From assembly GCF_964355755.1 (NCBI RefSeq), contig NC_092679.1, positions 9,702,201-9,766,200 on the forward strand: a stretch of 64,000 nucleotides of DNA. The letters are read 5' to 3'. Both the position numbers and the translations under genes were made by a program. The DNA is from Antedon mediterranea (Eukaryota > Animalia > Echinodermata). The notes beneath the pieces were generated by a model. The model was given only the letters and a program-made list of their open reading frames with translations. It was not told the origin of the DNA and did not search any database. Positions 25,401-38,500 of the stretch are shown piece by piece (positions within the stretch are counted from its first letter, which is position 1; every line of letters begins with the position of its first letter).

Positions 25401-26082
25401 ACAGTCCAAAACAGATGGAACTCGAACTACGAGATTGTTCAGTATCCACGGAAACAGGTCTGCGAGGTTGAGAGATGTGTTCAGTGGCGGCAGAGATAAG
25501 CTTGCTTCGTCGTCGACCAGCCTTCTTTCCTCTATGTGTTTTTCGAGTTGAGAATGCTCGGCATGTGGTAAAGGCATTGATATTCAAACGATTTATAGTG
25601 TCAATTTCTGATGGAGTCAACGATGACTTTAAGTTTCCTGATAATCTGAGAAGTTGATCACGATCGTAGTAAATCATAGACGCAATAGATGAACTGACAG
25701 GTTGAATTAAAGTCAATGAACACCCGTTATGATAAGACGATTCGGTTCTGTGAAGTAAGCCGACTACTACAATCCTAGGCCTACCGTAGTTGACAAATCC
25801 GGCAAAGAATGTTGAATGAACCGTGGATACGGCTGACCGCGAAGGCTGACTGCACAGGAATGTGAGTAGACAGGCAAACGAAACTGGCCTAGGAAAACGG
25901 AACATTAGTTTCGCTAGTAGACCAACGATTTTATCTTCACAAATACATACAACGGTCAGTAATAACCAGGAAAAGTTCGATGTGGCATTAAACACACAGA
26001 TTTCAGTATACAGAAACTGTAATTTTACAGAAACTTGGAGAACAGATCAGACTGGCCGCTTGTAAGGCGCACACGTCTTAAC
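22481..26082 (-). mobile_element. L2/CR1-group LINE, ~3.6 kb, single EN-RT ORF
   Basis: 3' end on minus strand is GCGCTTTATAAATGTTATTTATTATTATTTATT (L2-type tail). Satellite resumes in register on both sides with ~3 bp (GAT) missing and no TSD. Confidence 0.9.
22574..25995 (-). pseudogene. L2-like APE endonuclease/reverse transcriptase with one frameshift
   Basis: WNARSI, ITESWL, IYRPP, GDFN, GHTLDL, SDH, NYRPIANLPF, QSAYR..HSTETAL, GVPQGSV.GP, YADDTQLY, LHWLPV, GDRAF. 1-bp loss in LDYSAA(F)DT at ~23666. True start codon uncertain. Confidence 0.93.
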
Positions 26083-26650
26083 GTTTTGTGTGAAAATTTT
26101 CTGTCGAAATGCTCAAAATGGTCAAAAACGTTTTTAAATACGATTGTAAGCTACTTTGTGCTCTTTGATGTTTTTGTGTGAAATGTTTTATCGAAATGCT
26201 CAAAATGGTCTAAAATGGTTTCTAATGTGATTTCAAGCACTTTGATGTTTTTGTGTAACCAAGTTTTTCGAAAATCACAAAATGGTCTAAAACGTCTCCA
26301 AATGCGATTTGAAGCTATTTTAAGCACTTTGGTGTTTTTGTGTTAACAAGTTTTTCGAAATGCTCAAAATGGTCTAAAACGTTTTTAAACACGATATTAA
26401 GCTATTTTGTGCTCTTTGGTGTTTTTATGTTAACAAGTTTTTTCGAAAATCACAAAATGGTCTAAAACGTCTCCAAATGCGATTTGAAGCTATTTTAAGC
26501 ACTTTGGTGCTTTTATCTTAACAAGTTTTTTCGAAAATCACAAAATGGTCTAAAACGTCTCTAAATGCGATTTGAAGCTATTCTAAGCACTTTGGTGTTT
26601 TTATGTTAACAAGTTTTTTCAAAAATAACAAGAACGGTCTAAAACGTCTC
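26083..26650. repeat. 88-bp satellite array, block 3
   Basis: About 6.5 monomers between the LINE and the Gypsy element. Confidence 0.96.
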
Positions 26651-26842
26651 TGTCGTGATGTATGTGCTTGATGGTGAATGCTTTCTTAGATTCAAACCCA
26701 GTAATAAACAGGCTCACACACATGTAGCATTAACCATATCGAAGTGCCTTTATTCACTCAAAGGTCAACCCACAATAGGTGGCAGCAAATAATTTATTAG
26801 TTGAGTCATAACTGTAGGTGGCAGCAGATCAATACTGTGACA
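26651..26842 (-). repeat. Gypsy 3' LTR
   Basis: TGTCGTGATG...ATACTGTGACA, next to the PPT. Confidence 0.9.
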
Positions 26843-26972
26843 TCTCCCTTCTTTAAATATTGTGTCTAACTTGTAATTTAAAAATAAATAAATAGTAAAG
26901 TATCATGAATTGGTTATTGCATACGTGTATCACTGTTCGTTGTATGCTAGTTTATATAACTTTGTAAAACGT

Positions 26973-29498
26973 TCATATAGAGTTATTAGATTGATAGTCC
27001 AGACGCTTTGGTGGATTCACTGTTCGGCCAGATCTAGTTACATATTGGTTTTCTTGTCCGATCGTAGGTGTAGGCATGAGCTTAGGTGATTCAATTAGTG
27101 GTGGTGTATTTGTTGGCTTGGCGTCTTTTAGTGTGTCAGGTTCACTGATAATGTCCTGTGAATCATCGCTTAGTGTTTTTTGGAAGGTTTCGCCAGTTGT
27201 CCGTATGTGTCGACGGTTTCTACGATACTGGGCTCCTGTTGATGTGGTCAGAAGGTATGATCTGGGTTCTGAACTTGGTTTGTCTATGATCGCTGGTTTC
27301 CATTTCTTGGTTTTATAGTCTTGGACCCTTACGCTTTGTCCGTTCTGAAGTTCCTTGAGTGGTTTAGCATGTTGATTATAGTGAGTATACCATTTTGTTG
27401 AACGAGTAAATTTTGTGTGATCATACTTATTGGTGCTTATTACCGGTAAGTTTGCCTGTATCTTGCGTCCAAACATGATCTCTGCTGGTGAGGGCATTCC
27501 TGCTTGAAGGGGTGTGGTGCGTAGACATAGGAGTGCTAAGGCAGGGTCATCTCCAGCTTCATACGACTTCTCCAGCGCTTTCTTTGTGATACCCACAAAT
27601 CTCTCTGCTTTGCCGTTACATTGTGGATATCTCGGACTGCTTGTAGTGTGTTTAAAATTGTAAGTGTTCGTGAACATTCGAAATTCATCAGAGTCGTACT
27701 GTTTGCCATTATCGCTTATGAATGTGTTTGGAATTCCGAATTCAGAGAATATGATTTTAAGTTTGCTTACGATTGCTTGTGAGGTGATACTTGTTAACTT
27801 CCGTATTATTACATACAAACTGTAGTAGTCCACTACCAGCAAGTAGTTGTGTCCGTTCCAGTGAAATAGATCAGATCCGATTATATCCCATGGTTTGCTG
27901 GCTTCAATGGGGATCAGTGGCTCTTGTTGCTGGGCTACTTGATTGTGTTGACAAACACTACATTGTTTGACCATGTTGTCAATATCAGAATTAATACCGC
28001 ACCAGAATACTGATTCTCGGGCTCTAAGTCGACATTTCTCTATACCTTGATGTCCTGTATGTATTTTGTCAAGAATCTCTCTCTGCATTTCCTTTGGAAT
28101 TATAACACGGTTTCCTTTCAGAACTACTCCATTGTGACTGACTAGCTCTTCTCGAAAGTTCCAAAAAGGCATTGCTTCCTTTGGGCACGTGCTATGGGTT
28201 TCTGGCCATCCTTCAGCAATTATATGTGTAAGGATGTTAAGTGTTTTGTCGTTTTGAGTTGAATGTCTTATCTTTTCCAGTCTGGATGCTGTAGTGCATG
28301 TAATGTCGTGAATGGTAATGTCGATATCCTTTATCTCTTCGCCCTTGACTGGCAACCGTGACAGTCCATCGGCAACGGGTATTTCTCGTCCCGGAATGTA
28401 TTTGACGGTAAAGTCGTACTTCTGTATTCGAAGTAGCATTCGCATGAGTCTGGGTGGTGCATTCCTCAGATGTTTTTTTGTAATAGCCTCGAGAGGCTTG
28501 TGATCGGTCTCAATGGTAATATGTCTTCCGTATATATAATGATGAAACCGTTCAAGTCCAAAAACGACACCCAGCATTTCTCGTTCAATGTTACAGTAAT
28601 TTCTCTCAGTGTCTGTGAGGCTTTTGCTTGCGTAAGCAACCGGTTGTCCATTTTGCATTAGAGTCGCTCCGAGGCCTCGCATACTGGCATCAGTTTGTAC
28701 AGTAACTTCTTTTTTGTGATTAAAGTATGCCAGCGTTGGCGTTGCGCTGATTGCCTCTTTCAGTTTTTTAAAAGCGGCTTGGTGTTCTGGGCCCCATGAG
28801 AAAATCACGTCTTTCTTTGTTAAGTCTCGAAGACAACTTGTGATGGTTGCCAAATTTGGAGTGAAACGTCCAAGATAATTGGCCATGCCCAGTAGTGATT
28901 GTAGTTCTGTTACGTTTGTTGGAGGTGTCATGTTTATAATTGATGTAACTTTACTTGGATCTGGTTCAAGACCCTTGTGTGTGAGAATATTTCCAAAGAA
29001 TTTAATTCTTTGGGACTTCACCATGCATTTGTTTGGGTTGAGTTTTAACCCAACTTCCTTTGTACGGTCCATGACACGTTTTAAATTAGCGTCATGTGTT
29101 GATTCGTCTTTGCCGAACACGACAATGTCGTCTGCGATGGCAATTACACCTGGTAGGCCTTCGAATGTCTGGTCTACCTTCTTCTGAAATACATCTTGTG
29201 CTGAAACTAGTCCAAAAGGTAGTCTTTTGAAACAGTATCGTCCATATGGTGTATTGAAAGTTGTTAATAGTTTAGATGCGTTATCAAGTTTTACGTTCCA
29301 ATATCCGGAGCGAGCATCAAGAATTGTAAACAGTGTGGATCCCTGTAGGCTTGGCAGCACATCATCCAGTGTCTGTGTATAATGATGAGGCCGTTTAACA
29401 TGTTTATTTAAGTCTTTTGGATCCAGACAGATACGCAATTCACCTGTAGGTTTTGTAACATACACAATGCTGTTGACCCAGTCGGTTGGCTGTTCAAC
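26973..29498 (-). pseudogene. pol: Gypsy pol (RT, RNase H, integrase), N-terminally truncated
   Basis: (VEQPTDWVNSIV)..LRICLDPKDLN, LDARSGYW, RLPFG, IADD, TDAS, TDHKPL, GHQGIEKC..CSVC, SDNG, NGKAER, TRSGRTVNPPKRL; open frame throughout. Confidence 0.94.
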
Positions 29499-29518
29499 TG
29501 CAGATCAATACTGTGACA

Positions 29519-32500
29519 GTCTCCAAATGCGATTTGAAGCTATTCTGTACACTTTGATGTTTTTATGTTAACAAGTTTTTCAAAAAATCACAAAATGGTC
29601 TAAAACGTTTCCAAATGCGATTTGAAGCTATTCTGTACACTTTGATGTTTTGTGTGAAAATTTTCTGTCGAAATGCTCAAAATGGTCAAAAACGTTTTTA
29701 AATACGATATTAAGCTACTTTGTGCTCTTTGATGTTTTTGTGTGAAAAGTTTTATCGAAATGCTCAAAATGGTCTAAAACGGTTTCTAATGTGATTTCAA
29801 GCACTTTGATGTTTTTGTGTAACCAAGTTTTTCGAAAATCACAAAATTGTCTAAAACGTCTCCAAATGCGATTTGAAGCTATTCTGTACACTTTGATGTT
29901 TTTATGTTAACAAGTTTTTTCGAAAATCACAAAGGAGTCTAAAATATCTCGAAATGCGATTTGAAGCTAATCTTAGCACATTGGTGTTTTTATGTTAACA
30001 AGTTTTTTCGAAAATCACAAAATGGTCTAAAACGACTCCAAATGCGATTTGAAGCTATTCTGTTTACTTTGGTGTTTTTATGTTAACAAGTTTTTTCCGA
30101 AAATCACAAAATGGTCTAAAACGTCTCCAAATGCGATTTGAAGCTATTCTGTACACTTTGGTGTTTTTATGTTAACAAGTTTTTTCGAAAATCACAAAAT
30201 GGTCTAAAACGTCTCCAAATGCGATTTGAAGCTATTCTGTACACTTTGCTGTTTTGTGTGAAAAATGTTTGTCGAAATCCTCAAAATGGTCAAAAACGTT
30301 TTTAAATACGATATTAAGCTATTTTGTGCTCTTTGATGTTTTTGTGTGAAAAGTTTTATCGAAATACTCAAAATGGTCTAAAACGGTTTCTAATGTGATT
30401 TTAAGCACTTTGATGTTTTTGTGGAACCAAGTTTTTTCGAAAATCACAAAATGGTCTAAAACGTCTCCAAATGTGATTTGAAGCTATTCTAAGCACTTTG
30501 GTGTTTTTATGTTAACAGTTTTTTCGAAAATCACAAAATGGTCTAAAACGTCTCCAAATGCGATTTGAAGCTATTCTGTACACTTTGATGTTTTTATGGT
30601 AACAAGTTTTTTAGAAAATCACAAAATGGTCTAAAACATCTCCAAATGCGATTTAAAGCTATTTTAAGCACTTTTGTGTTTTTGTGTAACCAAGTTTTTT
30701 CGAAAATCACAAAAGGGTCTAAAATGTCTCTAAATGCGATTTGAAGCTACTCTAAGCACTTTGGTGTTTTTATGTTAACAAGTTTTTTCGAAAATAACAA
30801 AATGGTCTAAAATGTCTCCAAATGCGATTTGAAGCTATTCTGTACACTTTGCTGTTTTGTGTGAAAAATGTTTGTCGAAATCCTCAAAATGGTCAAAAAC
30901 GTTTTTAAATACGATATTAAGCTATTTTGTGCTCTTTGATGTTTTTGTGTGAAAAGTTTTATCGAAATACTCCAAAATGGTCTAAAACGGTTTCTAATGT
31001 GATTTTAAGCACTTTGATGTTTTTGTGTAACCAAGTTTTTTCGAAAATCACAAAATGGTCTAAAATGTCTCCAAATGCGATTTGAAGCTGTTCTAAGCAC
31101 TTTGGTGTTTTTATGGAAACAATTTTTTTCGAAAATCACAAAATGGTCTAAAACGTCTCCAATAGCGATTTGAAGCTTTTCTGTACACTTTGGTGTTTTT
31201 ATGTTAACAAGTTTTTTCGAAAATCACAAAATGGTCTAAAACGTCTCCAAATGCGATTTGAAGCTATTCTGTACACTTTGATGTTTTTATGTTAACAAGT
31301 TTTTTAGAAAATCACAAAATGGTCTAAAATGTCTCGAAATGCGATTTAAAGCTATTCTAAGCACTTTGGTGTTTTTATGTTAACAAGTTTTTTCGAAAAT
31401 CACAAAATGGTCTAGAACATCTCCAAAAGCGATTTGAAGCTAGTTTAAGCACTTTGGTGCTTTTGTGTAACCAAGTTTTTTCGAAAATCACGAAATGGTC
31501 TAAAACGTCTCCAAATGCGATTTGAAGCTATTCTAAGCACTTTGGTGTTTTTACGTTAACAAGTTTTTTCGAAAATCACAAAATGGTCTAAAACGTCTCC
31601 AAATGCGATTTGAAGCTATTCTAAGCACTTTAGTGTTTTTATGTTAACAAGTTTTTTTGAAAATCACAAAATGGTCTAAAACGTCTCCAAATGCGATTTG
31701 AAGCTATTTTAAGCACTTTTGTGTTTTTGTGTAACCAAGTTTTTTCGAAAATCACAAAAGGGTCTAAAATGTCTCTAAATGCGATTTAAAAGCTACTCTA
31801 AGCACTTTGGTGTTTTTATGTTAACAAGTTTTTTCGAAAATCACAAAATGGTCTAAAATGTCTCCAAATGCGATTTGAAGCTATTCTGTACACTTTGCTG
31901 TTTTGTGTGAAAAATGTTTGTCGAAATCCTCAAAATGGTCAAAAACGTTTTTAAATACGATATTAAGCTATTTTGTGCTCTTTGATGTTTTTGTGTGAAA
32001 AGTTTTATCGAAATACTCAAAATGGTCTAAAACGGTTTCTAATGTGATTTTAAGCACTTTGATGTTTTTGTGTAACCAAGTTTTTTCGAAAATCACAAAA
32101 TGGTCTAAAATGTCTCCAAATGCGATTTGAAGCTATTCTAAGCACTTTGGTGTTTTTATGGAAACAATTTTTTTCGAAAATCACAAAATGGTCTAAAACG
32201 TCTACAAATGCGATTTGAAGCTATTCTAAGCACTTTGATGTTTTTATGTTAACAAGTTTTTTTCGAAAATCACAAAATGGTCTAAAACGTCTGCAAATGC
32301 GATTTGAAGCTATTCTTAGCACATTGGTGTTTTTATTTACACAAATTTTTTCGAAACTCACAAAATGGTCTAAAACGTCTCCAAATGCGAATTGAAGCTA
32401 TTTTAAGCACTTTGGTGTTTTTGTGTTAACAAGTTTTTCGAAATACTCAAAATGGTCTAAAACGTTTTTAAACACGATATTAAGCTATTTTGTGCTCTTT

Positions 32501-35500
32501 GATGTTTTTTTGTGAAAAGTTTTAGCGAAATGCTCAAAATGGTCTAAAACGATTTCTAATGTGATTTTATACACTTTGATGTTTTTATGTTAACTAGTTT
32601 TTTCGAAAATCACAAAATGGTCTAAAACGTCTCCAAATGCGATTTGAAGCTATTTTAAGCACTTTGGTGCTTTTGTGTAACCAAGTTTTTTCGAAAATCA
32701 CAAAAGGGTCTAAAATGTCTAAACATGCGATTTGAAGCTATTCTAAGCACTTTTGTGTTTTTATGTTAACAAGTTTTTTCGAAAATCACAAAATGGTCTG
32801 AAACGTCTAGAAATGCGATTTGAAGCTATTCTGTACACTTTGATGTTTTTATGTTAAGTTTTTTCGAAAATCACAAAATGGTCTAAAACGTCTCCAAATG
32901 CGATTTGAAGCTATTTTAAGCACTTTGGTGTTTTTATCTTAACAAGTTTTTTCGAAAATCACAAAATGGTCTAAAACGTCTGTAAATGCGATTTGAAGCT
33001 ATTCTAAGCACTTTGGTGTTTTTATGTTAACAAGTTTTTTCGAAAATCACAAAATGGTCTAAAACGTCTACAAATGCGATTTGAAGCTATTCTGTACACT
33101 TTGATGTTTTTATGTTAACAAGTTTTTTCGAAAATCACAAAATGGTCTAAAACGTTTCCAAATGCGATTTGAAGCTATTCTGTACACTTTGATGTTTTGT
33201 GTGAAAATTTTCTGTCGAAATGCTCAAAATGGTCAAAAACGTTTTTAAATACGATATTAAGCTACTTTGTGCTCTTTGATGTTTTTGTGTGAAATGTTTT
33301 ATCGAAATGCTCAAAATGGTCTAAAACGGTTTCTAATGTGATTTCAAGCACTTTGATGTTTTTGTGTAACCAAGTTTTTCGAAAATCACAAAATTGTCTA
33401 AAACGTCTCCAAATGCGATTTGAAGCTATTCTGTACACTTTGGTGTTTTTATGTTAACAAGTTTTTTAGAAAATCACAAAATGGTCTAAAACGTCTCCAA
33501 ATGCGATTTAAAGCTATTTTAAGCACTTTTGTGTTTTTGTGTAACCAAGTTTTTTCGAAAATCACAAAAGGGTCTAAAATGTATGTAAATGCGATTTGAA
33601 GCTATTTAAAGCACTTTGGTGTTTTTAGGTTAACAAGTTTTTTCGAAAATCACAAAATGGTCTAAAACGTCTACAAATGCGATTTGAAGCTATTCTAAGC
33701 ACTTTTGTGTTTTTATGTTAACAAGTTTTTTCGAAAATCACAAAATGGTCTAAAACGTCTCTAAATGCGATTTGAAGCTTTTCTGTACACTTTGATGTTT
33801 TTATGTTAACAACTTTTTTCGAAAATCACAAAATGGTCTAAAATGTCTCCAAATGCGATTTGAAGCTATTCTAAGCACTTTGGTGTTTTTATGGAAACAA
33901 TTTTTTTTCGAAAATCACAAAATGGTCTAAAACGTCTCCAATAGCGATTTGAAGCTTTTCTGTACACTTTGGTGTTTTTATGTTAACAAGTTTTTTCGAA
34001 AATCAAAAAATGGTCTAAAACGTCTCCAAATGCGATTTGAAGCTATTCTGTACACTTTGATGTTTTTATGTTAACAAGTTTTTTCGAAAATCACAAAATG
34101 GTCTAAAACGTCTACAAATGCGATTTGAAGCTATTCTAAGCACTTTTGTGTTTTTATGTTAACAAGTTTTTTCGAAAATAACAAAATGGTCTAAAACGTC
34201 TGCAAATGCGATTTGAAGCTATTCTTAGCACATTGGTGTTTTTATTTAAACAAATTTTTTCGAAACTCACAAAATGGTCTAAAACGTCTCCAAATGCGAT
34301 TTGAAGCTATTTTAAGCACTTTGGTGTTTTTGTGTTAACAAGTTTTTCGAAAAGCTCAAAATGGTCTAAAACGTTTTTAAACACGATATTAAGCTATTTT
34401 GTGCTCTTTGATGTTTTTTTGTGAAAAGTTTTAGCGAAATGCTCAAAATGGTCTAAAACGATTTCTAATGTGATTTTAAGCACTTTGATGTTTTTATGTT
34501 AACTAGTTTTTTCGGAAATCACAAAATGGTCTAAAACGTCTCCAAATGTGATTTGAAGCAATTCTAAGCACTTTGGTGTTTTTATGTTAACAGTTTTTTC
34601 GAAAATCACAAAATGGTCTAAAACGTTTCCAAATGCGATTTGAAGCTATTCTGTACAATTTGATGTTTTTATGGTAACAAGTCTTTTAGAAAATCACAAA
34701 ATGGTCTAAAACATCTCCAAATGCGATTTAAAGCTATTTTAAGCACTTTTGTGTTTTTGTGTAACCAAGTTTTTTCGAAAATCACAAAAGGGTCTAAAAT
34801 GTCTCTAAATGCGATTTGAAGCTACTCTAAGCACTTTGGTGTTTTTATGTTAACAAGTTTTTTCGAAAATCAATAAATGGTCTAAAATGTCTCCAAATGC
34901 GATTTGAAGCTATTCTGTACACTTTGCTGTTTTGTGTGAAAAATGTTTGTCGAAATCCTCAAAATGGTCAAAAACGTTTTTAAATACGATATTAAGCTAT
35001 TTTGTGCTCTTTGATGTTTTTGTGTGAAAAGTTTTATCGAAATACTCAAAATGGTCTAAAACGGTTTCTAATGTGATTTTAAGCACTTTGATGTTTTTGT
35101 GTAACCAAGTTTTTTCGAAAATCACAAAATGGTCTAAAATGTCTCCAAATGCGATTTGAAGCTATTCTAAGCACTTTGGTGTTTTTATGGAAACAATTTT
35201 TTTCGAAAATCACAAAATGGTCTAAAACGTCTCCAATAGCAATTTGAAGCTATTCTAAGCACTTTGGTGTTTTTATGTTAACAAGTTTTTTCGAAAATCA
35301 AAAAATGGTCTAAAACGTCTCCAAATGCGATTTGAAGCTATTCTAAGCACTTTGGTGTTTTTATGTTAATAAGTTTTTTCGAAAATCACAAAATGGTCTA
35401 AAACGTCTCCAAATGCGATTTGAAGCTATTTTAAGCACTTTGGTGCTTTTGTGTAACCAAGTTTTTTCGAAAATCACGAAATGGTCTAAAACGTCTCCAA

Positions 35501-38500
35501 ATGCGATTTGAAGCTATTCTAAGCACTTTGGTGTTTTTACGTTAACAAGTTTTTTCGAAATTCACAAAATGGTCTAAAACGTCTCCAAATGCGATTTAAA
35601 GCTATTTTAAGCACTTTTGTGTTTTTGTGTAACCAAGTTTTTTCGAAAATCACAAAAGGGTCTAAAATGTCTGTAAATGCGATTTGAAGCTATTTAAAGC
35701 ACTTTGGTGTTTTTAGGTTAACAAGTTTTTTCGAAAATCACAAAATGGTCTAAAACGTCTACAAATGCGATTTGAAGCTATTCTAAGCACTTTTGTGTTT
35801 TTATGTTAACAAGTTTTTTCGAAAATCACAAAATGGTCTAAAACGTTTCCAAATGCGATTTGAAGCTATTCTGTACACTTTGATGTTTTTTGTGAAAATT
35901 TTCTGTCGAAATGCTCAAAATGGTCAAAAACGTTTTTAAATACGATATTAAGCTATTCTAAGCACTTTGGTGTTTTTATGTTAACAAGTTTTTTCGAAAA
36001 TCACAAAATGGTATAAAACGTCTCCAAATGCGATTTGAAGCTATTCTAAGCACTTTGGTGTTTTTATGTTAACAAGTTTTTTCGAAAATCACAAAATGGT
36101 CTAAAACGTTTCCAAATGCGATTTGAAGCTATTCTGTACACTTTTATGTTTTGTGTGAAAATTTTCTTTCGAAATGCTCAAAATGGTCAAAAACGTTTTT
36201 AAATACGATATTAAGCTACTTTGTGCTCTTTGATGTTTTTGTGTGAAATGTTTTATCGAAATGCTCAAAATGGTCTAAAACGGTTTCTAATGTGATTTCA
36301 AGCACTTTGATGTTTTTGTGTAACCAAGTTTTTTGAAAATCACAAAATTGTCTAAAACGTCTCCAAATGCGATTTGAAGCTATTCTGTACACTTTGATGT
36401 TTTTATGTTAACAAGTTTTTCGAAAATCACAAAATGGTCTAAAACGTCTCCAAATGCGATTTTAAGCTATTCTAAGCACTTTGGTGTTTTTATGTTACCA
36501 AGTTTTTTTGAAAATCACAAAATGGTCTAAAACGTCTCTAAATGCGATTTTAAGCTTTTCTGTACACTTTAATGTTTTTATGTTAACAACTTTTTTCGAA
36601 AATCACAAAATGGTCTAAAATGTCTCCAAATGCGATTTGAAGCTATTCTAAGCACTTTGGTGTTTTTATGGAAACAATTTTTTTCGAAAATCACAAAATG
36701 GTCTAAAACGTCTCCAATAGCGATTTGAAGCTAATCTTAGCACATTGGTGTTTTTATGTTAACAAGTTTTTTCGAAAATCACAAAATGGTCTAAAACGAC
36801 TCCAAATGCGATTTGAAGCTATTCTGTATACCTTGGTGTTTTTATGTTAACAAGTTTTTTCGAAAATCACAAAATGGTCTAAAACGTCTCCAAATGCGAT
36901 TTGAAGTTATTCTAAGCACTTTGGTGTTTTTATGTTATCAAGTTTTTTCGAAAATCACAAAATGGTCTAAAACGTCTCCAAATGCGATTTGAAGCTATTC
37001 TGTACACTTTGATGTTTTTATGTTAACAAGTTTTTTCGAAAATCACAAAATGGTCTAAAACGTTTCCAAATGCGATTTGAAGCTATTCTGTACACTTTGA
37101 TGTTTTGTGTGAAAATTTTCTGTCGAAATGCTCAAAATGGTCATAAACGTTTTTAAATACGATATTAAGCTACTTTGTGCTCTTTGATGTTTTTGTGTGA
37201 AAAGTTTTATCGAAATGCTCAAAATGGTCTAAAACGGTTTCTAATGTGATTTCAAGCACTTTGATGTTTTTGTGTAACCAAGTTTTTCGAAAATCACAAA
37301 ATTGTCTAAAACGTCCCCAAATGCGATTTGAAGCTATTCTGTAAACTTTGATGTTTTTATGTTAACAAGTTTTTTCGAAAATCACAAAAGAGTCTAAAAT
37401 ATCTCGAAATGCGATTTGAAGCTATTCTAAGCACTTTGGTGTTTTTATGTTAACAAGTTTTTTCGAAATCACAAAATGGTCTAAAATGTCTCCAAATGCG
37501 ATTTGAAGCTAATCTTAGCACATTGGTGTTTTTATGTTAACAAGTTTTTTCGAAAATCACAAAATGGTCTAAAACGACTCCAAATGCGATTTGAAGCTAT
37601 TCTGTATACTTTGGTGTTTTTATGTTAACAAGTTTTTTTCGAAAATCACAAAATGGTCTAAAACGTCTCCAAATGCGATTTGAAGCTATTCTGTACACTT
37701 TGGTGTTTTTATGTTAAGAAGTTTTTTTGAAAATCACAAAATGGTCTAAAACGTCTCCAAATGCGATTTCAAGCTATTCTGTACACTTTGCTGTTTTGTG
37801 TGAAAAATGTTTGTCGAAATCCTCAAAATGGTCAAAAACGTTTTTAAATACGATATTAAGCTATTTTGTGCTCTTTGATGTTTTTGTGTGAAAAGTTTTA
37901 TCGAAATGCTCAAAATGGTCTAAAACGGTTTCTAATGTGATTTTAAGCACTTTGATGTTTTTGTGGAACCAAGTTTTTTCGAAAATCACAAAATGGTCTA
38001 AAACGTCTCCAAATGTGATTTGAAGCTATTCTAAGCACTTTGGTGTTTTTATGGAAACAAGTTTTTTCGAAAATCACAAAATGGTCTAGAACGTCTCCAA
38101 AAGCGATTTGAAGCTATTTTAAGCACTTTGGTGCTTTTGTGTAACCAAGTTTTTTCGAAAATCACGAAATGGTCTAAAACGTCTCCAAATGCGATTTGAA
38201 GCTATTCTAAGCACTTTGGTGTTTTTACGTTAACAAGTTTTTTCGAAAATCACAAAATGGTCTGAAACGTCTAGAAATGCGATTTGAAGCTATTCTGTAC
38301 ACTTTGATGTTTTTATGTTAAGTTTTTTCGAAAATCACAAAATGGTCTAAAACGTCTCCAAATGCGATTTGAAGCTATTTAAAGCACTTTGGTGTTTTTA
38401 TCTTAACAAGTTTTTTCGAAAATCACAAAATGGTCTAAAACGTCTGTAAATGCGATTTGAAGCTATTCTAAGCACTTTGGTGTTTTTATGTTAACAAGTT

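Larger units (their letters stand above)
26651..29518 (-). mobile_element. Gypsy (Mag/K02A2.6-like) LTR retrotransposon, internally deleted
   Basis: Complete 192-bp LTR at 26651-26842; PPT AAAGAAGGGAGA at 26843-26854 (minus); 19-bp LTR stub at 29500-29518; 5-bp TSD GTCTC at 26646-26650 and 29519-29523. Confidence 0.93.

Noticed and set aside
1353-29187. Numerous short + strand ORFs overlapping the retroelement genes
   Set aside because: Antisense shadows of the long minus-strand ORFs
793-29518. Shared minus orientation of Bel, L2 and Gypsy
   Set aside because: With only three events this occurs by chance one time in four; the nested L1 actually inserted in + orientation
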